DNA of 64,000 nt, taken from the NCBI GenBank assembly GCA_963737265.1, contig CAVTRY010000017.1, positions 48,279 through 112,278 on the forward strand, given 5' to 3'. Source of the DNA: an uncultured delta proteobacterium. GTDB lineage: Bacteria; Myxococcota_A; Polyangia; Fen-1088. This document shows positions 31,932 through 43,785 of this stretch, one piece after another. How positions within the stretch are numbered: position 1 is the first letter of the stretch; the number at the start of each line of letters is the position of its first letter. The notes beneath the pieces were generated by a model. It saw only the letters and a program-made list of their open reading frames with translations. It was not told the DNA's origin and made no database searches. Both the position numbers and the translations under genes were made by a program.

Positions 31932-34900
31932 TCAGGTCTTGAGATCCCCCTCGCTCTCCGTCTCGCCTTCCTCGCCCGCTTCCTCGTCATCGGCGGCCAC
32001 GCCGCCTTTGCGGATCAGGTCGAGAAGATCGTCGCCGTCCAGGCGGGCGGCGATGTCGGCGCCGTCGAGGATGCTGGCGGCGAGCTGGCGTTTCTCTTCG
32101 TGCAGGGACAGCACGGCCTCCTCGATGGTGCCGCGTGCGACCATGCGGATCACGGTGACCGGGCGCTCTTGGCCGATGCGGTGGGCGCGGTCGGTGGCCT
32201 GATCTTCAACGGCGGGGTTCCACCACGGGTCGAGGTGGATGACGTAGGTGGCTGCGGTCAGGTTCAGGCCGGTGCCGCCCGCGCGCAGCGAGAGCAAAAA
32301 GGCGTCGGCGGTGCCGGCCTGGAAGGCACGTACGCGCTCTTCGCGCTCTGCTGCCGGCGTAGAGCCGTCGAGCGTGAGCGTGCGCAGCCCCGCCTGGGTC
32401 AGCAGCGGGCGAGCCAGATCCAAGAAACTGGTGAACTGGCTGAATACCAGGGCGCGATGGCCTTCGTCGCGCAGCTCGGCAATCAGCTCGACCAGCGCGG
32501 CCAGCTTGGACGAGCCGGCGGTGCTGTCCTTGACCACCAGGCGCGGGTGGCAGCACAGCAAGCGCAACCGGGTGAGCGCGGCCAGGATCTTGATCCGTTG
32601 CCTGGCATCGTCGCCAACGCCGGCAGCAGAGCTCTTGGCCAGACTCTCCAGCGCTTCGATGCGCGCGGCTTCGTAGAGCCGGCGCTCGATCGGGCCAAGC
32701 TCGATGGTTTGGTTCATCTCGGTGCGCGAGGGAAGCTCGGGCGCGACCTCGACCTTGGTCCGCCGCAGAAGAAACGGCCGCACCACGCGCGCCAATCCCA
32801 ACTGTCGGGCGCGGTCGTGATGGCGTTCGATGGGCACGGCGAAGCGCTGGCGGAACTGATCCCACGAACCGAGCAGGCCGGGAGTGACCAGACGGAAGAT
32901 GGCCCACAGCTCGCCGAGGTGGTTTTCGATGGGTGTGCCAGTAAGCGCCAGGCGAAAGTCCGCCTGTAGATCGCGTACCGCGCGGAACCTGTGCGTCAGC
33001 GCGTTTTTCACCGACTGCGCCTCATCGATGATCAGGGTTGAAAACGAAATCGCGCCCAGCGCCTCGGCATCCCGTACCGCGATAGCGTAGCTCGTGATGA
33101 GCAGTCCGCCCTTGCCGAGATCGTCGAGCAAGGGCGCGCGGTCTCGGCCTCGATAGACGCGCGGCAAGAGACCGGGTGCGAACTTCGCGCACTCCGCCGC
33201 CCAGTTGGCCACCACCGAGGTGGGCGCGATGACCAGGGCCGGTCCGAGGGCAGCCCGCTGCAAGAGCAGCGCGAGCGCCTGCAGGGTTTTCCCCAAGCCC
33301 ATGTCGTCGGCCAAACACGCGCCGAGACCCCAGCCGGCGAGCCGAGCCAGCCACTCGAAACCATCGCGCTGGTAGTGGCGCAGCGTCGCTCGCAGGCCGT
33401 CGGGCAGCACCGCCGTCTCGGTTCGCGCTACCTCCAGCCGGCCGAGCACGGCGCGGAACGCGGGCACCATATCGAGCTGACTCCGATCCTCTACCAGCTC
33501 GGCCAGCACCGGTGCCGCCAGAAGACCGAGCTCGATCGCGCCCTGGTTGTCGAAGACCACGTCGTCGAGCGCGGCCAGCCGCTCGCGCAGGTCGTTCTCC
33601 AGGGTGGCGAAGCGGTGGGCGTTCAGCCTGACATAGCGCCGGCCCGTGCGCGCCGCGGCCAGAAGCTCGGACAGCGGTACGCGTGCGCCGTCGATCTCGA
33701 TCCCACCCTCCACGCCGAACCAGTCGCGCCGGCGCTGGACCTGCACCTTCAGCGATGCCCGCACGACACGATCCACGCGGATTTCTCCCGCCGGCCATTC
33801 CACCTCCGCCAGCTCGGGCAAGTCGCGCAGCTTGCCCAGTACATCGAGCGCGATGTCGTCGTCAGGCACGTCCCAGCGCCAGGTGCCATTCGCGGTCGCA
33901 TCGTCTAGACCGAGCACGCGCGCCAAGTGTACCGCGCGCTCGCGCTCGGCGCCGAGCGTGCGCAGAGCGTGCAAGTGGCGCCCATCGCGTGCGTGTAACA
34001 CCTCGGGCGGACCTTCGCCGGGCGGAAACAGTGGACCGCTCGTGATGGGCCGTACCGCCATGTCCAGGCGCACGCCGGACTCGGGCAGCGGTTCCAGCCG
34101 GCACAACGTGGTGGTGGGCGGCTCCACGCGCTCGCCGCGCACGGCTTCCGGCAAATGGACATCGAGCGAGCCCTGCATCCGGGGTAACCGCCCCACCAAC
34201 TCTGCCAGCGCCTCGGCCGGCAGCTCGACAGGAAAGCTGGCCATCGCCCTCAGCAGCGCGATCGTCTCGGGCTCCAGCAAGGTGAGGAGGCAGCGGCTGT
34301 GCTCGAGGTCCAGCCACACCACATGGCGGCCGTCGGTGGCCGCGTTGAGCAGGACGGCTGGCTCGAAATCGGATGGACCCAAGGCGAGCCGCAGCCGGAA
34401 GCCGCCTTGGGGACCACCTTCGCTGGACTCGACCCTCAGCGCGGGCCGCACCTTGCGTACCGCGATGGGCACGGCGCGCGCCGAATCGGCGAACACGCGT
34501 GTCGACCCCGCCAGCGCGGCGAGCGCGCGCCAAACCTGGCGCGGCGTCTGTTCGTTTCTTGGATAGTAACCCGCGTGGGTGTCGCGCGAGTACATCAGTC
34601 CTTCAAACGCGCCGCGATCCGCGGGATCGCGCAGAAGCTCGGTTTTACGCTCGAGCTCATCCAAGCGCAGGCGCTGGCCGCGGCCCCAGGCTCCGCGCTT
34701 GCCCAGCGCCTGACGGACCGGGTAGACGGCCAGTCTGCTGTTTTTCTGGACGAGGTCCCAGACCAGGCGCTGGCCCCCGTCCGCGATCGTTGCGATCTGG
34801 CCTAGCCCCACGTCCAGACGGTCGAGCAAGCGCGACCAACCTGGCACGCGTAGCACCGGCGCCACCTCCCTCGCCAGCGGATCCGCAGGATCGCGCAAGA

Positions 34901-36059
34901 CCTCCAGCAACTCGTGGAGCGCGGACAGTCGGTGCGGGCAAGCCTGCGGGTCGCGGCAGCGCTTGCACTCCAGGCGCAGGTTGCCACCGTCCCAGGCCGA
35001 AAGGTCGACAACCACCGTCGGCTCGCCTTCTCTGTCGGGCGTCCTCCCGTCGTGGACGTTCCATTCCCGGTAGGTAAGGCTAGGCAGATCGGTGGCCAGA
35101 GAGATCCTCCCGGGTAAGAAGGTGCCCGCCGGGCGCGGTTTGGCCCCCGTCGCCAGTCGATCATATTGTTGATGGATCAGTGCCTCTAACCGCACTACGA
35201 AGGGATCGTCGACCGGGCGGGCACTTGCGTCACGCTCGATCTGCCGACGTTTCACGATGGCCAGCGCCTGCGCCGCGCGGTGCAGGTAAGCTTTGGCCAT
35301 TCCCACGATCTGAAGGGTCAGGTCAGCTCGGTAGTGCCGCGGAGCCACCAGGCTGACCGGTTTCGCAAGCACAGCCTCACCAATGGTGGCGGGCAGCCCA
35401 TTGGGGGTGAAGCCGTAGTTCGAGGTGCGCAGGTATTCGAGGTCCATCCGGTCGGCCAGTCGTTCCTTCACCCCATACCTCTCGGCCCATCGATCGAGCG
35501 CCTCGCCAACTTGCGGCGGCGCCTCGACGGCGGGCAAAATCTCGCGCGCCTGCTGTGTCGTCGCTGGGCGTTGAGTCTTGAGGTCGGGGAGTGTGACCCT
35601 CTTACCGGTGAAGATGTCGTCGTCGTCATCGCCGTCGTCGTTATCGTCGTCGTCGGCACCGGCATCGGCGTCGATAGCGGCGTTGACAGCCTGGCCCGAC
35701 ACGCCTGCCGCTTCCACCGGGTGCGAACCGGCCCCGGCGTCATTGGAGGTCAGCCAGCTCCACAGGTGGTCGCGCACCTGCCTCGCGATATCCGGTGCGG
35801 CTCGGTTTCCGAGCAACCCTTCGGCCTCGCTGGTGCACAGATTGCTGACCCGTTCGATCCTGAGAATCATGGCCGCGATCTCCACCGCGCGCGCCACCTG
35901 GCGGGGTAGCCTGTTCGAGCGGAGGAAGTCCTCGATGCGGAGGTCGAGCATTGCCACAGCCCGAGTGGTTTTCAAGGCGGCGGGGATGCCTGCGAGTGTG
36001 GTCGGTGTCATGAGGATATCCGTAGCGGGCGGCAAGCACTCAAGTTGTGCCCGTGCCAC
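31932..36059 (-). CDS. SNF2-family helicase with SWIM-like zinc finger
   Basis: LRHYQ, LADDMGLGKT, DEAQ, LTGTPIENH, LVFSQF, GLNLT, QATDRAHRIGQ; CKRC....CPH; start uncertain. Confidence 0.92.
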   Translation of the reverse strand: MARAQLECLPPATDILMTPTTLAGIPAALKTTRAVAMLDLRIEDFLRSNRLPRQVARAVEIAAMILRIERVSNLCTSEAEGLLGNRAAPDIARQVRDHLWSWLTSNDAGAGSHPVEAAGVSGQAVNAAIDADAGADDDDNDDGDDDDDIFTGKRVTLPDLKTQRPATTQQAREILPAVEAPPQVGEALDRWAERYGVKERLADRMDLEYLRTSNYGFTPNGLPATIGEAVLAKPVSLVAPRHYRADLTLQIVGMAKAYLHRAAQALAIVKRRQIERDASARPVDDPFVVRLEALIHQQYDRLATGAKPRPAGTFLPGRISLATDLPSLTYREWNVHDGRTPDREGEPTVVVDLSAWDGGNLRLECKRCRDPQACPHRLSALHELLEVLRDPADPLAREVAPVLRVPGWSRLLDRLDVGLGQIATIADGGQRLVWDLVQKNSRLAVYPVRQALGKRGAWGRGQRLRLDELERKTELLRDPADRGAFEGLMYSRDTHAGYYPRNEQTPRQVWRALAALAGSTRVFADSARAVPIAVRKVRPALRVESSEGGPQGGFRLRLALGPSDFEPAVLLNAATDGRHVVWLDLEHSRCLLTLLEPETIALLRAMASFPVELPAEALAELVGRLPRMQGSLDVHLPEAVRGERVEPPTTTLCRLEPLPESGVRLDMAVRPITSGPLFPPGEGPPEVLHARDGRHLHALRTLGAERERAVHLARVLGLDDATANGTWRWDVPDDDIALDVLGKLRDLPELAEVEWPAGEIRVDRVVRASLKVQVQRRRDWFGVEGGIEIDGARVPLSELLAAARTGRRYVRLNAHRFATLENDLRERLAALDDVVFDNQGAIELGLLAAPVLAELVEDRSQLDMVPAFRAVLGRLEVARTETAVLPDGLRATLRHYQRDGFEWLARLAGWGLGACLADDMGLGKTLQALALLLQRAALGPALVIAPTSVVANWAAECAKFAPGLLPRVYRGRDRAPLLDDLGKGGLLITSYAIAVRDAEALGAISFSTLIIDEAQSVKNALTHRFRAVRDLQADFRLALTGTPIENHLGELWAIFRLVTPGLLGSWDQFRQRFAVPIERHHDRARQLGLARVVRPFLLRRTKVEVAPELPSRTEMNQTIELGPIERRLYEAARIEALESLAKSSAAGVGDDARQRIKILAALTRLRLLCCHPRLVVKDSTAGSSKLAALVELIAELRDEGHRALVFSQFTSFLDLARPLLTQAGLRTLTLDGSTPAAEREERVRAFQAGTADAFLLSLRAGGTGLNLTAATYVIHLDPWWNPAVEDQATDRAHRIGQERPVTVIRMVARGTIEEAVLSLHEEKRQLAASILDGADIAARLDGDDLLDLIRKGGVAADDEEAGEEGETESEGDLKT

Positions 36060-36364
36060 GACAAACGGCTATCACATCTAGCCTCCCCTGGGGTTGATTC
36101 TCAGGATCCGTAATCCCGCGATAAGGCGCAGAAGGTCGTGGTCCTGGCCGTGGCCGTGGCCGGGGCGATCTTCGTCGGCCACGGCCACGTTTACGACCGC
36201 GTTTACGACCACCATTCATCGCTCCAACTGGGTGGCGCGTCCATCCTGGAAAGGCGACCTTTTCGGCCGCCCTCCGCGGCGTCGCTGCGCTTGTCGCGGG
36301 ATTACGCGCTCTCGGCGCTCTAGCCGTTCCGGGCGATGCGCGCTAGTCTGCGTGTTCCACCATC

Positions 36365-37897
36365 ATGGCCAATTTCATTCCCGACCGAGCCAAGTTTCTG
36401 GACCTTGCCCGCCAAGGCCGCCTTTGCTTCGTCTATCGCGAGTGGTTGGCCGATGCCGATACGCCGGTGTCCGTGTTCGCCAAGCTTGGCCGTGGTCCGT
36501 ACTCGTTCCTGCTTGAGAGCGTGGTGGGCGGGGAAAAATGGGCGGCGTACAGCTTCGCTGGCGTGCGCCCGCGCGCCGTGATCCGCGCCAAGGGCAAGGA
36601 CATCGAGGTGCTCAAGCCCGACGGCGCTGGCTTCGCCGTCGCCGAGCGCTTGCGCTCCGAGAACCCGATGGCGTACGTCTCCGACGCGCTGGCGGGGATG
36701 CCAGCCGCGGTGCCCCCCGGCTTGCCGCGGTTTTTTGGTGGTGCCGTGGGGTGGTTGGGTTACGACGTGGTTCGCCACTTCGAACGCCTGCCCGAGCGCG
36801 CGCCCGACGAGCTCGGCCTGCCGGACATGTGCTTCGCCCTCACCGACACCGTGGTGGTTTTCGACAACCTGCGCGGAACGCTCAAGGTTGTCGCGTCGGT
36901 CGACGTGGCCGGCAAGGATCCCGGCAAGGCCTACGACGAAGCGTGCGCCAAAGTGGAAGAAATCTGTGCGCGCCTGACCTTGCCCGCGCCGGCGCTAGCA
37001 CCGCTCGATCTGGGCGGCGGCCTCATGCCGGCGAGCGCGGTCGCGCCCGCGTCTCGCACCAGCAGGGCCGACTACATGGCCGGCGTGGACAAGATCAAGC
37101 AATACATCCTGGCCGGCGATGCCTTCCAGGTCGTGCTTTCCCAGCGCTTCGACGTGCCTCGCGGCGGCGTGGATCCCTTCGACGTCTACCGCGTGCTGCG
37201 CGTGACCAACCCGTCGCCCTACATGTTTCACCTGGAATTTCCCGAGGCCGTGGTGACGGGAGCCTCGCCCGAAGTCCTGGTGCGCATGGACGGCCGCAAA
37301 GTGGAAGTGCGGCCCATCGCCGGCACGCGACGACGCGGGGCCAATCCAGCCGAAGACCTGGCCCTCGAACGGGAGTTGCTCGCCGACCCCAAGGAGCGGG
37401 CGGAGCACGTCATGCTCATCGACCTCGGCCGCAATGACATAGGTCGCGTGTCCGTGCCTGGTTCGGTCCATCTCGACGAAAGCATGGTGGTCGAGCGCTA
37501 CTCGCACGTCATGCACCTGGTGTCGAACGTCAGCGGCGTGCTAGCCAACGGGCTTTCCGCCAAGGATGTGGTGAAGGCGGCTTTCCCGGCCGGGACCCTG
37601 TCCGGCGCGCCCAAGATCCGCGCCATGCAAATCATCGAAGAGCTGGAACCTTCCCGCCGCGGGGTCTACGGCGGCGCGGTGGGATATCTTTCGTACACGG
37701 GCAACATGGATCTGGCCATCGCCATTCGCACGCTGGTCACGACTGGCGACACCATCCACGTGCAGGCCGGTGCCGGCATCGTGGCGGACAGTCAGCCCGC
37801 GGCCGAACACGAGGAATGCGTGAACAAGGCGCGCGCCGTGATGACGGCGGTGGAGCTGGTCCGGCAATCGAAACGCGCAGTCAGCGGGGGTGGCTAG
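36365..37897 (+). CDS. trpE: Anthranilate synthase component I
   Basis: [45 protein letters not shown]. Confidence 0.96.
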   Translation: MANFIPDRAKFLDLARQGRLCFVYREWLADADTPVSVFAKLGRGPYSFLLESVVGGEKWAAYSFAGVRPRAVIRAKGKDIEVLKPDGAGFAVAERLRSENPMAYVSDALAGMPAAVPPGLPRFFGGAVGWLGYDVVRHFERLPERAPDELGLPDMCFALTDTVVVFDNLRGTLKVVASVDVAGKDPGKAYDEACAKVEEICARLTLPAPALAPLDLGGGLMPASAVAPASRTSRADYMAGVDKIKQYILAGDAFQVVLSQRFDVPRGGVDPFDVYRVLRVTNPSPYMFHLEFPEAVVTGASPEVLVRMDGRKVEVRPIAGTRRRGANPAEDLALERELLADPKERAEHVMLIDLGRNDIGRVSVPGSVHLDESMVVERYSHVMHLVSNVSGVLANGLSAKDVVKAAFPAGTLSGAPKIRAMQIIEELEPSRRGVYGGAVGYLSYTGNMDLAIAIRTLVTTGDTIHVQAGAGIVADSQPAAEHEECVNKARAVMTAVELVRQSKRAVSGGG

Positions 37898-37899
37898 CC

Positions 37900-38475
37900 A
37901 TGCTTCTCGTCATCGATAACTACGATTCGTTCACCTACAATCTGGTGCAATACCTGGCCGAGCTCGGGCAGGACGTGAAGGTCGTGCGCAACGATGAAGT
38001 AACGGTTGATGATATTTCCAGTATGTCACCGGAACGTATCGTCATTTCGCCAGGTCCATGTACGCCAAATGAGGCAGGAATTTCGCTCGAAGTGTTGCAC
38101 AAGCTGGCCGGCAAGATGCCCATCCTCGGCGTGTGCCTCGGCCACCAGGCCATCGGCCAAGCTTTCGGCGGCAAGGTCATTCGCGCGAAGGAGGTCGTGC
38201 ACGGCAAGACGTCGCGCGTGTTTCACGACGAGCGCGGACTGTTCGCCGGTCTCACCAATCCGTTCGAGGCGACCCGCTACCACTCGCTGGTCATCGAAAG
38301 GCAGAGCATTCCCGATTGCTTGGAAATCACCGCCAAGACCTGGGACGACGAAATCATGGGCGTGCGCCACAAGACCCTCCCGGTCGAAGGCGTGCAGTTC
38401 CACCCCGAGTCGTTCCTCACCACCGTGGGCAAGGACATCTTGCGCAACTTCATCGCCATGGGGAAACCGGCGTGA
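37900..38475 (+). CDS. trpG: Anthranilate synthase component II (glutamine amidotransferase)
   Basis: [34 protein letters not shown]. Confidence 0.95.
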   Translation: MLLVIDNYDSFTYNLVQYLAELGQDVKVVRNDEVTVDDISSMSPERIVISPGPCTPNEAGISLEVLHKLAGKMPILGVCLGHQAIGQAFGGKVIRAKEVVHGKTSRVFHDERGLFAGLTNPFEATRYHSLVIERQSIPDCLEITAKTWDDEIMGVRHKTLPVEGVQFHPESFLTTVGKDILRNFIAMGKPA

Positions 38476-39512
38476 CCGCAGATGCCGGCCCTAGCATTCG
38501 CGAAGCCCTGGCCGCGTTGGTCGAAGGCATGAGCCTTTCGGCCGGGGCCATGACCGCAGTGGTCGGGCAAATCATGGACGGCGCCGCGACGCCCGCCCAA
38601 GTCGGCGCGCTGCTCGCGGCCCTGCGCATGAAGGGCGAGACCGTCGACGAGGTCGTGGGTGCGGCCCAGGCCATGCGCCAGCGCATGCTTCGCGTGGACA
38701 CCGACATGCCCGTGCTGCTCGATACCTGCGGCACCGGTGGCGACGGCTCGGGTTCGGTGAATGTTTCGACCCTGGCGGCGTTCATTCTCGCCGCCTGCGG
38801 GGTCAAGGTCGCCAAACACGGCAATCGGGCGCTGTCCTCGCGTTCTGGCTCGCACGATGTTCTCGAGGCGCTCGGCATCGATCCCGCGCCCGGGCCGGAA
38901 GCCGCGCGACGATGTTTACAGCAGCTCGGCGTGTGCTTCATGTTCGCTCCCGCCTACCACGCTGCCACCAAACACGCGGCCGGTCCGCGGCGCGAGGTCG
39001 GCTTCCGCACGCTGTTCAACTTGCTCGGCCCTCTCACCAATCCGGCGGGCACGCGCTATCACGTCAACGGCGTCTTTGCGCGCGAGCGCTGCGAATTTCT
39101 GGCCCAGGCCCACGAACAAATGGGCTCGCTGCGTGCCATGGTGGTCCACGGCGCTGGCGGGCTGGACGAGTTCGCACCCGCGGGCGCGACTTTCGTGGCC
39201 GAGCTGCGTGACGGCAAGGTGCGCTGCTACGACGTCAGCCCGGCGGACTTCGGCCTGGCCGAAGCCAGCGATGAGCTCAAAGGCGGCGAGCCCGCGAAAA
39301 ATGCGCACATGCTGCTGGACTCGCTGCGCGGAAAGAACGGAGCCGGGCGGGTGGCCGCGCTCATGACCGCGGCGGCGGGACTCGTCGTGACCGGCGGCGC
39401 CGCCGACTTTCGCGCAGGCGCCGTCCTGGCCTCCGCCGCGCTCGACAGCGGCCGGGCACTTGTCGTTCTAGAGCGCCTGCGCGAGCTATCCCCGGCACCC
39501 GGCAAGTCATGA
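38472..39512 (+). CDS. trpD: Anthranilate phosphoribosyltransferase
   Basis: [28 protein letters not shown]; GTGA overlap. Confidence 0.96.
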   Translation: MTADAGPSIREALAALVEGMSLSAGAMTAVVGQIMDGAATPAQVGALLAALRMKGETVDEVVGAAQAMRQRMLRVDTDMPVLLDTCGTGGDGSGSVNVSTLAAFILAACGVKVAKHGNRALSSRSGSHDVLEALGIDPAPGPEAARRCLQQLGVCFMFAPAYHAATKHAAGPRREVGFRTLFNLLGPLTNPAGTRYHVNGVFARERCEFLAQAHEQMGSLRAMVVHGAGGLDEFAPAGATFVAELRDGKVRCYDVSPADFGLAEASDELKGGEPAKNAHMLLDSLRGKNGAGRVAALMTAAAGLVVTGGAADFRAGAVLASAALDSGRALVVLERLRELSPAPGKS

Positions 39513-40288
39513 TCCTCGACGAGATCCTGGACGAGAAGAAACGAACGGTCGGTTACAGCCGCTTTCGCATGCCACTCGCCGATGTGGAAAAGCAAGCCGC
39601 GGCGGCAGTCTCACCACGCAGCTTCGGCCTGGCCCTGCGCTCGGCCAAGGGCGTGGCGTGCATCGCTGAATTCAAGCGGCGGTCACCGTCCAAGGGTTGG
39701 ATCTGTCGCGATGCCGACGTGGCGGCCGTCGCAACGGCCTATGAAGATGCGGGGGCGGCGGCGCTGTCGGTGCTGACCGATACGCCGTTTTTCGGTGGCA
39801 GCCTCGACGATCTTCGCCAAGCGCGCGACGCCGCTTGGCTGCCCATCCTGCGCAAGGATTTCATCATCGACGCATACCAAATCGCCGAGGCGCGCGCGGC
39901 GGGCGCGGATGCCGTGCTGCTCATCGTGGCGGCCCTGCGCGACGAGGATCTGCGCGAGCTGCTGGTCGAAACCGAACACTGGGGCATGGAAGCCCTGGTC
40001 GAAACCCACGATACCGGCGAGGTCGAGCGCGCCGTGGCCGCCGGCGCGCGAATCATCGGCGTCAACCATCGCGATCTGCGCACGTTCGAGATGAACATGG
40101 AGCTGGCGACGGCCATGCGTCCCCTGATTCCATCCGACCGTCTGGTCGTGGCCGAATCGGGAATTCGCACGGCCGCGGATGTTCGGCGCCTGCGCGCGGC
40201 GGGCGTGGACGCGATTTTGGTGGGCGAAACGCTCATGCAGTCGCCCGATCCAGGGGCCGCCTTGCGGGCGTTGCTGGCAGAGCCATGA
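39509..40288 (+). CDS. trpC: Indole-3-glycerol phosphate synthase
   Basis: IAEFKRRSPSKG, LSVLTD, LRKDFI, GVNHRDL, ESGI. Confidence 0.96.
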   Translation: MILDEILDEKKRTVGYSRFRMPLADVEKQAAAAVSPRSFGLALRSAKGVACIAEFKRRSPSKGWICRDADVAAVATAYEDAGAAALSVLTDTPFFGGSLDDLRQARDAAWLPILRKDFIIDAYQIAEARAAGADAVLLIVAALRDEDLRELLVETEHWGMEALVETHDTGEVERAVAAGARIIGVNHRDLRTFEMNMELATAMRPLIPSDRLVVAESGIRTAADVRRLRAAGVDAILVGETLMQSPDPGAALRALLAEP

Positions 40289-40923
40289 GCTTTCTCGTCA
40301 AGATTTGCGGCATCACGCGTCCGGAGGACGCGGCGCTGGCGTGTCGCGAAGGCGCGGACGCCATCGGCGTGAATTTCTGGCGCGGCTCGAAGCGCTTCGT
40401 TGAAGATGGCCAAGTGCGGGAAATTCTCGCCGCGGTGTCGCCGGGCGTGCTCAAGATTGGTGTTTTCGTCAATCCACACCCGCTCGCAGTTTCGGAAAGC
40501 CTGGCCGAGCTCGGCCTCGACATGATCCAGTTCCACGGCGACGAGCAGCCACAGGCTTGGTCGTCTCTGCCTGGCAAACAGGTGGTTCGCGCCATTCGCG
40601 TGCTCGACGAGGGATCCTTTGCCGCAGCCGTGGGCTGGAATCCCCGCTACTTCCTCTACGATTCGTTCGGCGACGGCTATGGTGGCACCGGCAAGCAAGC
40701 TCCTTGGCCATTCTTGGCCGCGGGCGCACGCAGGCCGTTCCTGCTGGCGGGCGGGCTTGACCCCGGCAACGTAGCCGCCGCCATCGCGGCCACGCATCCC
40801 GACGGCGTTGACGTTGCCAGCGGCGTCGAAGGTTCTACCGGCATCAAGGATCGCGCCCTCGTGACCGCGTTCATCGCCAATGCCCGCGCGGCGGCCGGGC
40901 AGCTCGGTTCGGCTATCCGATGA
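40285..40923 (+). CDS. trpF: Phosphoribosylanthranilate isomerase
   Basis: VKICGIT, QFHGDE, GGTG, LAGGL, DVASGVE. Confidence 0.95.
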   Translation: MSFLVKICGITRPEDAALACREGADAIGVNFWRGSKRFVEDGQVREILAAVSPGVLKIGVFVNPHPLAVSESLAELGLDMIQFHGDEQPQAWSSLPGKQVVRAIRVLDEGSFAAAVGWNPRYFLYDSFGDGYGGTGKQAPWPFLAAGARRPFLLAGGLDPGNVAAAIAATHPDGVDVASGVEGSTGIKDRALVTAFIANARAAAGQLGSAIR

Positions 40924-41548
40924 GCTTGTTCGACGGGCCGCGGCCCTCGCGCACCACCGTGATCCAGTCGCCGGCCAAGCTGACCACCGTCGACGGCGGC
41001 CCGGAAAGCGTGCCGGCATCGATGATGAGGTCGAGACTCTTGCCGTACTCGCGTTGAATTTCGAGGGCCGAGGTGAGCGTGTCGCCCGACAGCGACTTCG
41101 CGGTGGCCGAGAGCAGGGGTTTGCCCAAAGCCCACAGGATCTTTTCGCACAGGGCGGTGCCGGGAATGCGAATCCCGATGGTGCGGCGGTCTTCGTGGAC
41201 GAAGGGCGTGGGGACGCCTGGACCGGCCAGCAATTCCGCGCAGTACGGACCCGGAAAGATCTTACGGAGCACGTTGTACGAAGAGTCCGTGACCAGCGCA
41301 TAGCGCGGCACCTCGCCGAGATCGGGCAGAAGAAAGGTCAGCGGCCGCTGGGCGGCGTCGAACCCGCGCATGGTCTGGATGCGCTTGATGGCTTCGTCTT
41401 CGCCGAACATGCAGCCGATGCCATAGAGAGTGTCGGTCGGGAACGCGACCACACCGCCCTTTTTGAAAACGTCGACGGCTCTTTGCAGGACGTCGTCATC
41501 AGGCCGCGATGGGGCAACCGCGATAATGGGTGCGAATGATGGAGGCAT
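40913..41548 (-). CDS. Sua5/YciO/YrdC-family protein
   Basis: GGVVAFPTDTLYGIGC, PGPY, TIGIRIP, PSTVV, REGRG. Confidence 0.88.
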   Translation of the reverse strand: MPPSFAPIIAVAPSRPDDDVLQRAVDVFKKGGVVAFPTDTLYGIGCMFGEDEAIKRIQTMRGFDAAQRPLTFLLPDLGEVPRYALVTDSSYNVLRKIFPGPYCAELLAGPGVPTPFVHEDRRTIGIRIPGTALCEKILWALGKPLLSATAKSLSGDTLTSALEIQREYGKSLDLIIDAGTLSGPPSTVVSLAGDWITVVREGRGPSNKLIG

Positions 41549-41634
41549 AGGTTAGCCACATACGGGTAGCGCGGGATCGACCGAGAAGCAAGTCATGGTC
41601 GCCGGATTCTGATCTACACTCGACAACCAACAAG

Positions 41635-43718
41635 ATGCACGCCTGGTTGCCGCTGCTCTTTTTCTTTCCACGCCCGCAAGCGCCGCACCGCCGCAGCACA
41701 AGGTCGATATGCGCATCGCGGGTCCTTTGGCGATGGTCGAGGTCTGGCGTAGCGTGGACGCACGATCATCAGCGGGGGATCGGCCGAGCGAAACCGTCCT
41801 CGATCTCGCCTTGCCCGAAGGCGCTGCCCTTCTCGACTGGGAGGTCGTCGAGCGCGGCCGGCACACCTGGCTGTCAAAGCAGAGCCCCGGCCGGGTCAGC
41901 GCGGGTCTGACAGCAGCGTTGCGACTGCGCCAGTTGTCGCTCGCGACCACACCCATCGAGGAAGGCACCGACTACCGCGTGCACGTGGCGCCGATTGCCG
42001 ATGGGGGAACGGCCGTCTTGCACTATCGCTACTCGGCCGTCGTCGGCTGTGGCGAGGGCCGGCTGGTCTTGCGCATGCCGGGCAACCTGGAGGCCAATCC
42101 TGTCCCGGCCGAGGTGACAGTTCGCTTCGACCCGCTGCCGGATGGTCGCGCGATTGCCGAGGCCAGCGTGGCTTCTACGGCTGTTCCGCTTCGCCGTCCC
42201 GAACGCCGTTTGCTCGCGCGCGGGATCGCGCCCGCACGGGATGGGTGGGAAATCGCGTGGCGCTACGCCGGGACGCTCGGGAGCTTCCCCGGTCACGTGC
42301 TGGCCGCGGCAGGCAACGGTTCGTCGCGGGCGTCTTTCGCCACGGTCGGGGCCGTGTGCCGAGCCGATCGCGCGGCGAAACTGGAAGCTCCCGCGCACGT
42401 GATCTTGCTGGTGGATCGCTCGCGCAGCGTCGGGCCGGGCGGGATGTCGGCGGAGCGTGCGCTTGCCCGCGCACTCATGGAGGCGCTGCCGCCGTCGGTG
42501 GCGTTCAACGCGGTTCTCTTCGGTAGCACCGCCGCGCCGGTGTTCGCCTTGCCCAGACTGGCCACGCGGGAGGCGCTCGACGCTTTCACCGCCGCGGCAG
42601 ATCCCCATGGGCTGGAAAATGGAACAGATGTCACGCTTGCCCTCGCGCGCGCCCGAACCATGATCGATGCCGAGCAGAACGAAAGCGCCGGCCGCACCTG
42701 GGTCGTGCTGATCACCGACGGAGCCTTGCCCGCCAGCCAGACCTTCGAGCGCATGCGCGGCGCGCTTGCCGGCACCCACGACGAGCGGGTGAAGGTGCTC
42801 GTGCTATTTGCGCGCCAGCATGGGGACGACGAAGTTCCCGCGCCAGCCGTGGCGGAATACGCCGCGTTCGTGCGAAAGTTCGGCGGTATGGTGCACGCCA
42901 TTCCTGCGGGCGACGCGGCGGAAAGCGCGCGCGCCATCGTGGATGCGATGGGCAGGGGAGGGGATCTGCTGGATGTCCGCTTGGGGAGCGCCAGGCTGGC
43001 CGACGTCTTGTTGCCCGGCCAGGGTGCACATATCTGGTTCGCCGGTTCAGCTCGTCCACCACGTCGGGTGCGCTTTGTCGCCCGCGGTGTCGACGGAGAC
43101 GTGCACGCCGAGTCCATCCCCGTGATGGTCGATCGCCAATGGATAGCGCCGATCTTCGAAGACTATTCGCACGGAGCGTGGTCCGGCGCCACATCGAGCC
43201 TGGCTGTCGCGATCTTGCCGGTCAGGCCTGGCTTGCCCGCCGCCAAGAACGCCGCCGACGTCGTCCACGGCCAGATGGATCCCACCGTGCTGCGCAACAC
43301 CCTGGCGCTCGCCTTCATGCCACGTGCGCGCGCCTGCTACCTTTCGCGCCGGGTCGCGCGGGCCGGCGATGCCTATCTGCGCGGTCGCATGCGTTTGCAA
43401 CTAACCTTGGAGCGTGGCGAGCTTCACGATGCGGTGATTCGCCAGTCGACGCTCGACAATCCGACGGTCGAGACCTGCGTGCGCGACGCTGCCTTCGCCA
43501 TCGAGTATCCGCGGCCGGAACATCGCGACGCTCCGACAGTCGCCAACCTGAATCTGGTGTTTCGGCCGCACACCGCAGAGGAGACAGCGCCGGACGCTTC
43601 GGCCCAGAATCGCGAGATTGACCGCGAGCTTGATGTGATTCTGGGTCCGGTGACCTATCCCGCAGATGCCAAGGATCTCATTCCCGACGACGCCCCAAAC
43701 AAATCGCCCGGTCCATGA
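41635..43718 (+). CDS. VWA-domain protein with AgmX/PglI-like C-terminal domain; probable frameshift near 41660
   Basis: MIDAS LLVDRSRS, VLITDG; C-terminal RACY...CV.....EYP; ATG 41635 plus one extra T in the T-run would give signal peptide MHAWLPLLFFLSTPASA; open frame from 41709. Confidence 0.65.
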
Positions 43719-43785
43719 GCCCTGCAGCTTGACCTTCGCGTCGCACCCGACTATAAACCCACGTCTTTCAAGAGGTTCGCACACC

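Noticed and set aside
36365-40923. trp operon lacking trpB/trpA as a novelty
   Set aside because: Split trp operons are common; trpBA is probably elsewhere
41635-41709. Phase variation at the T-run in the VWA gene signal peptide
   Set aside because: The run is only 5 T; a homopolymer sequencing error is at least as likely
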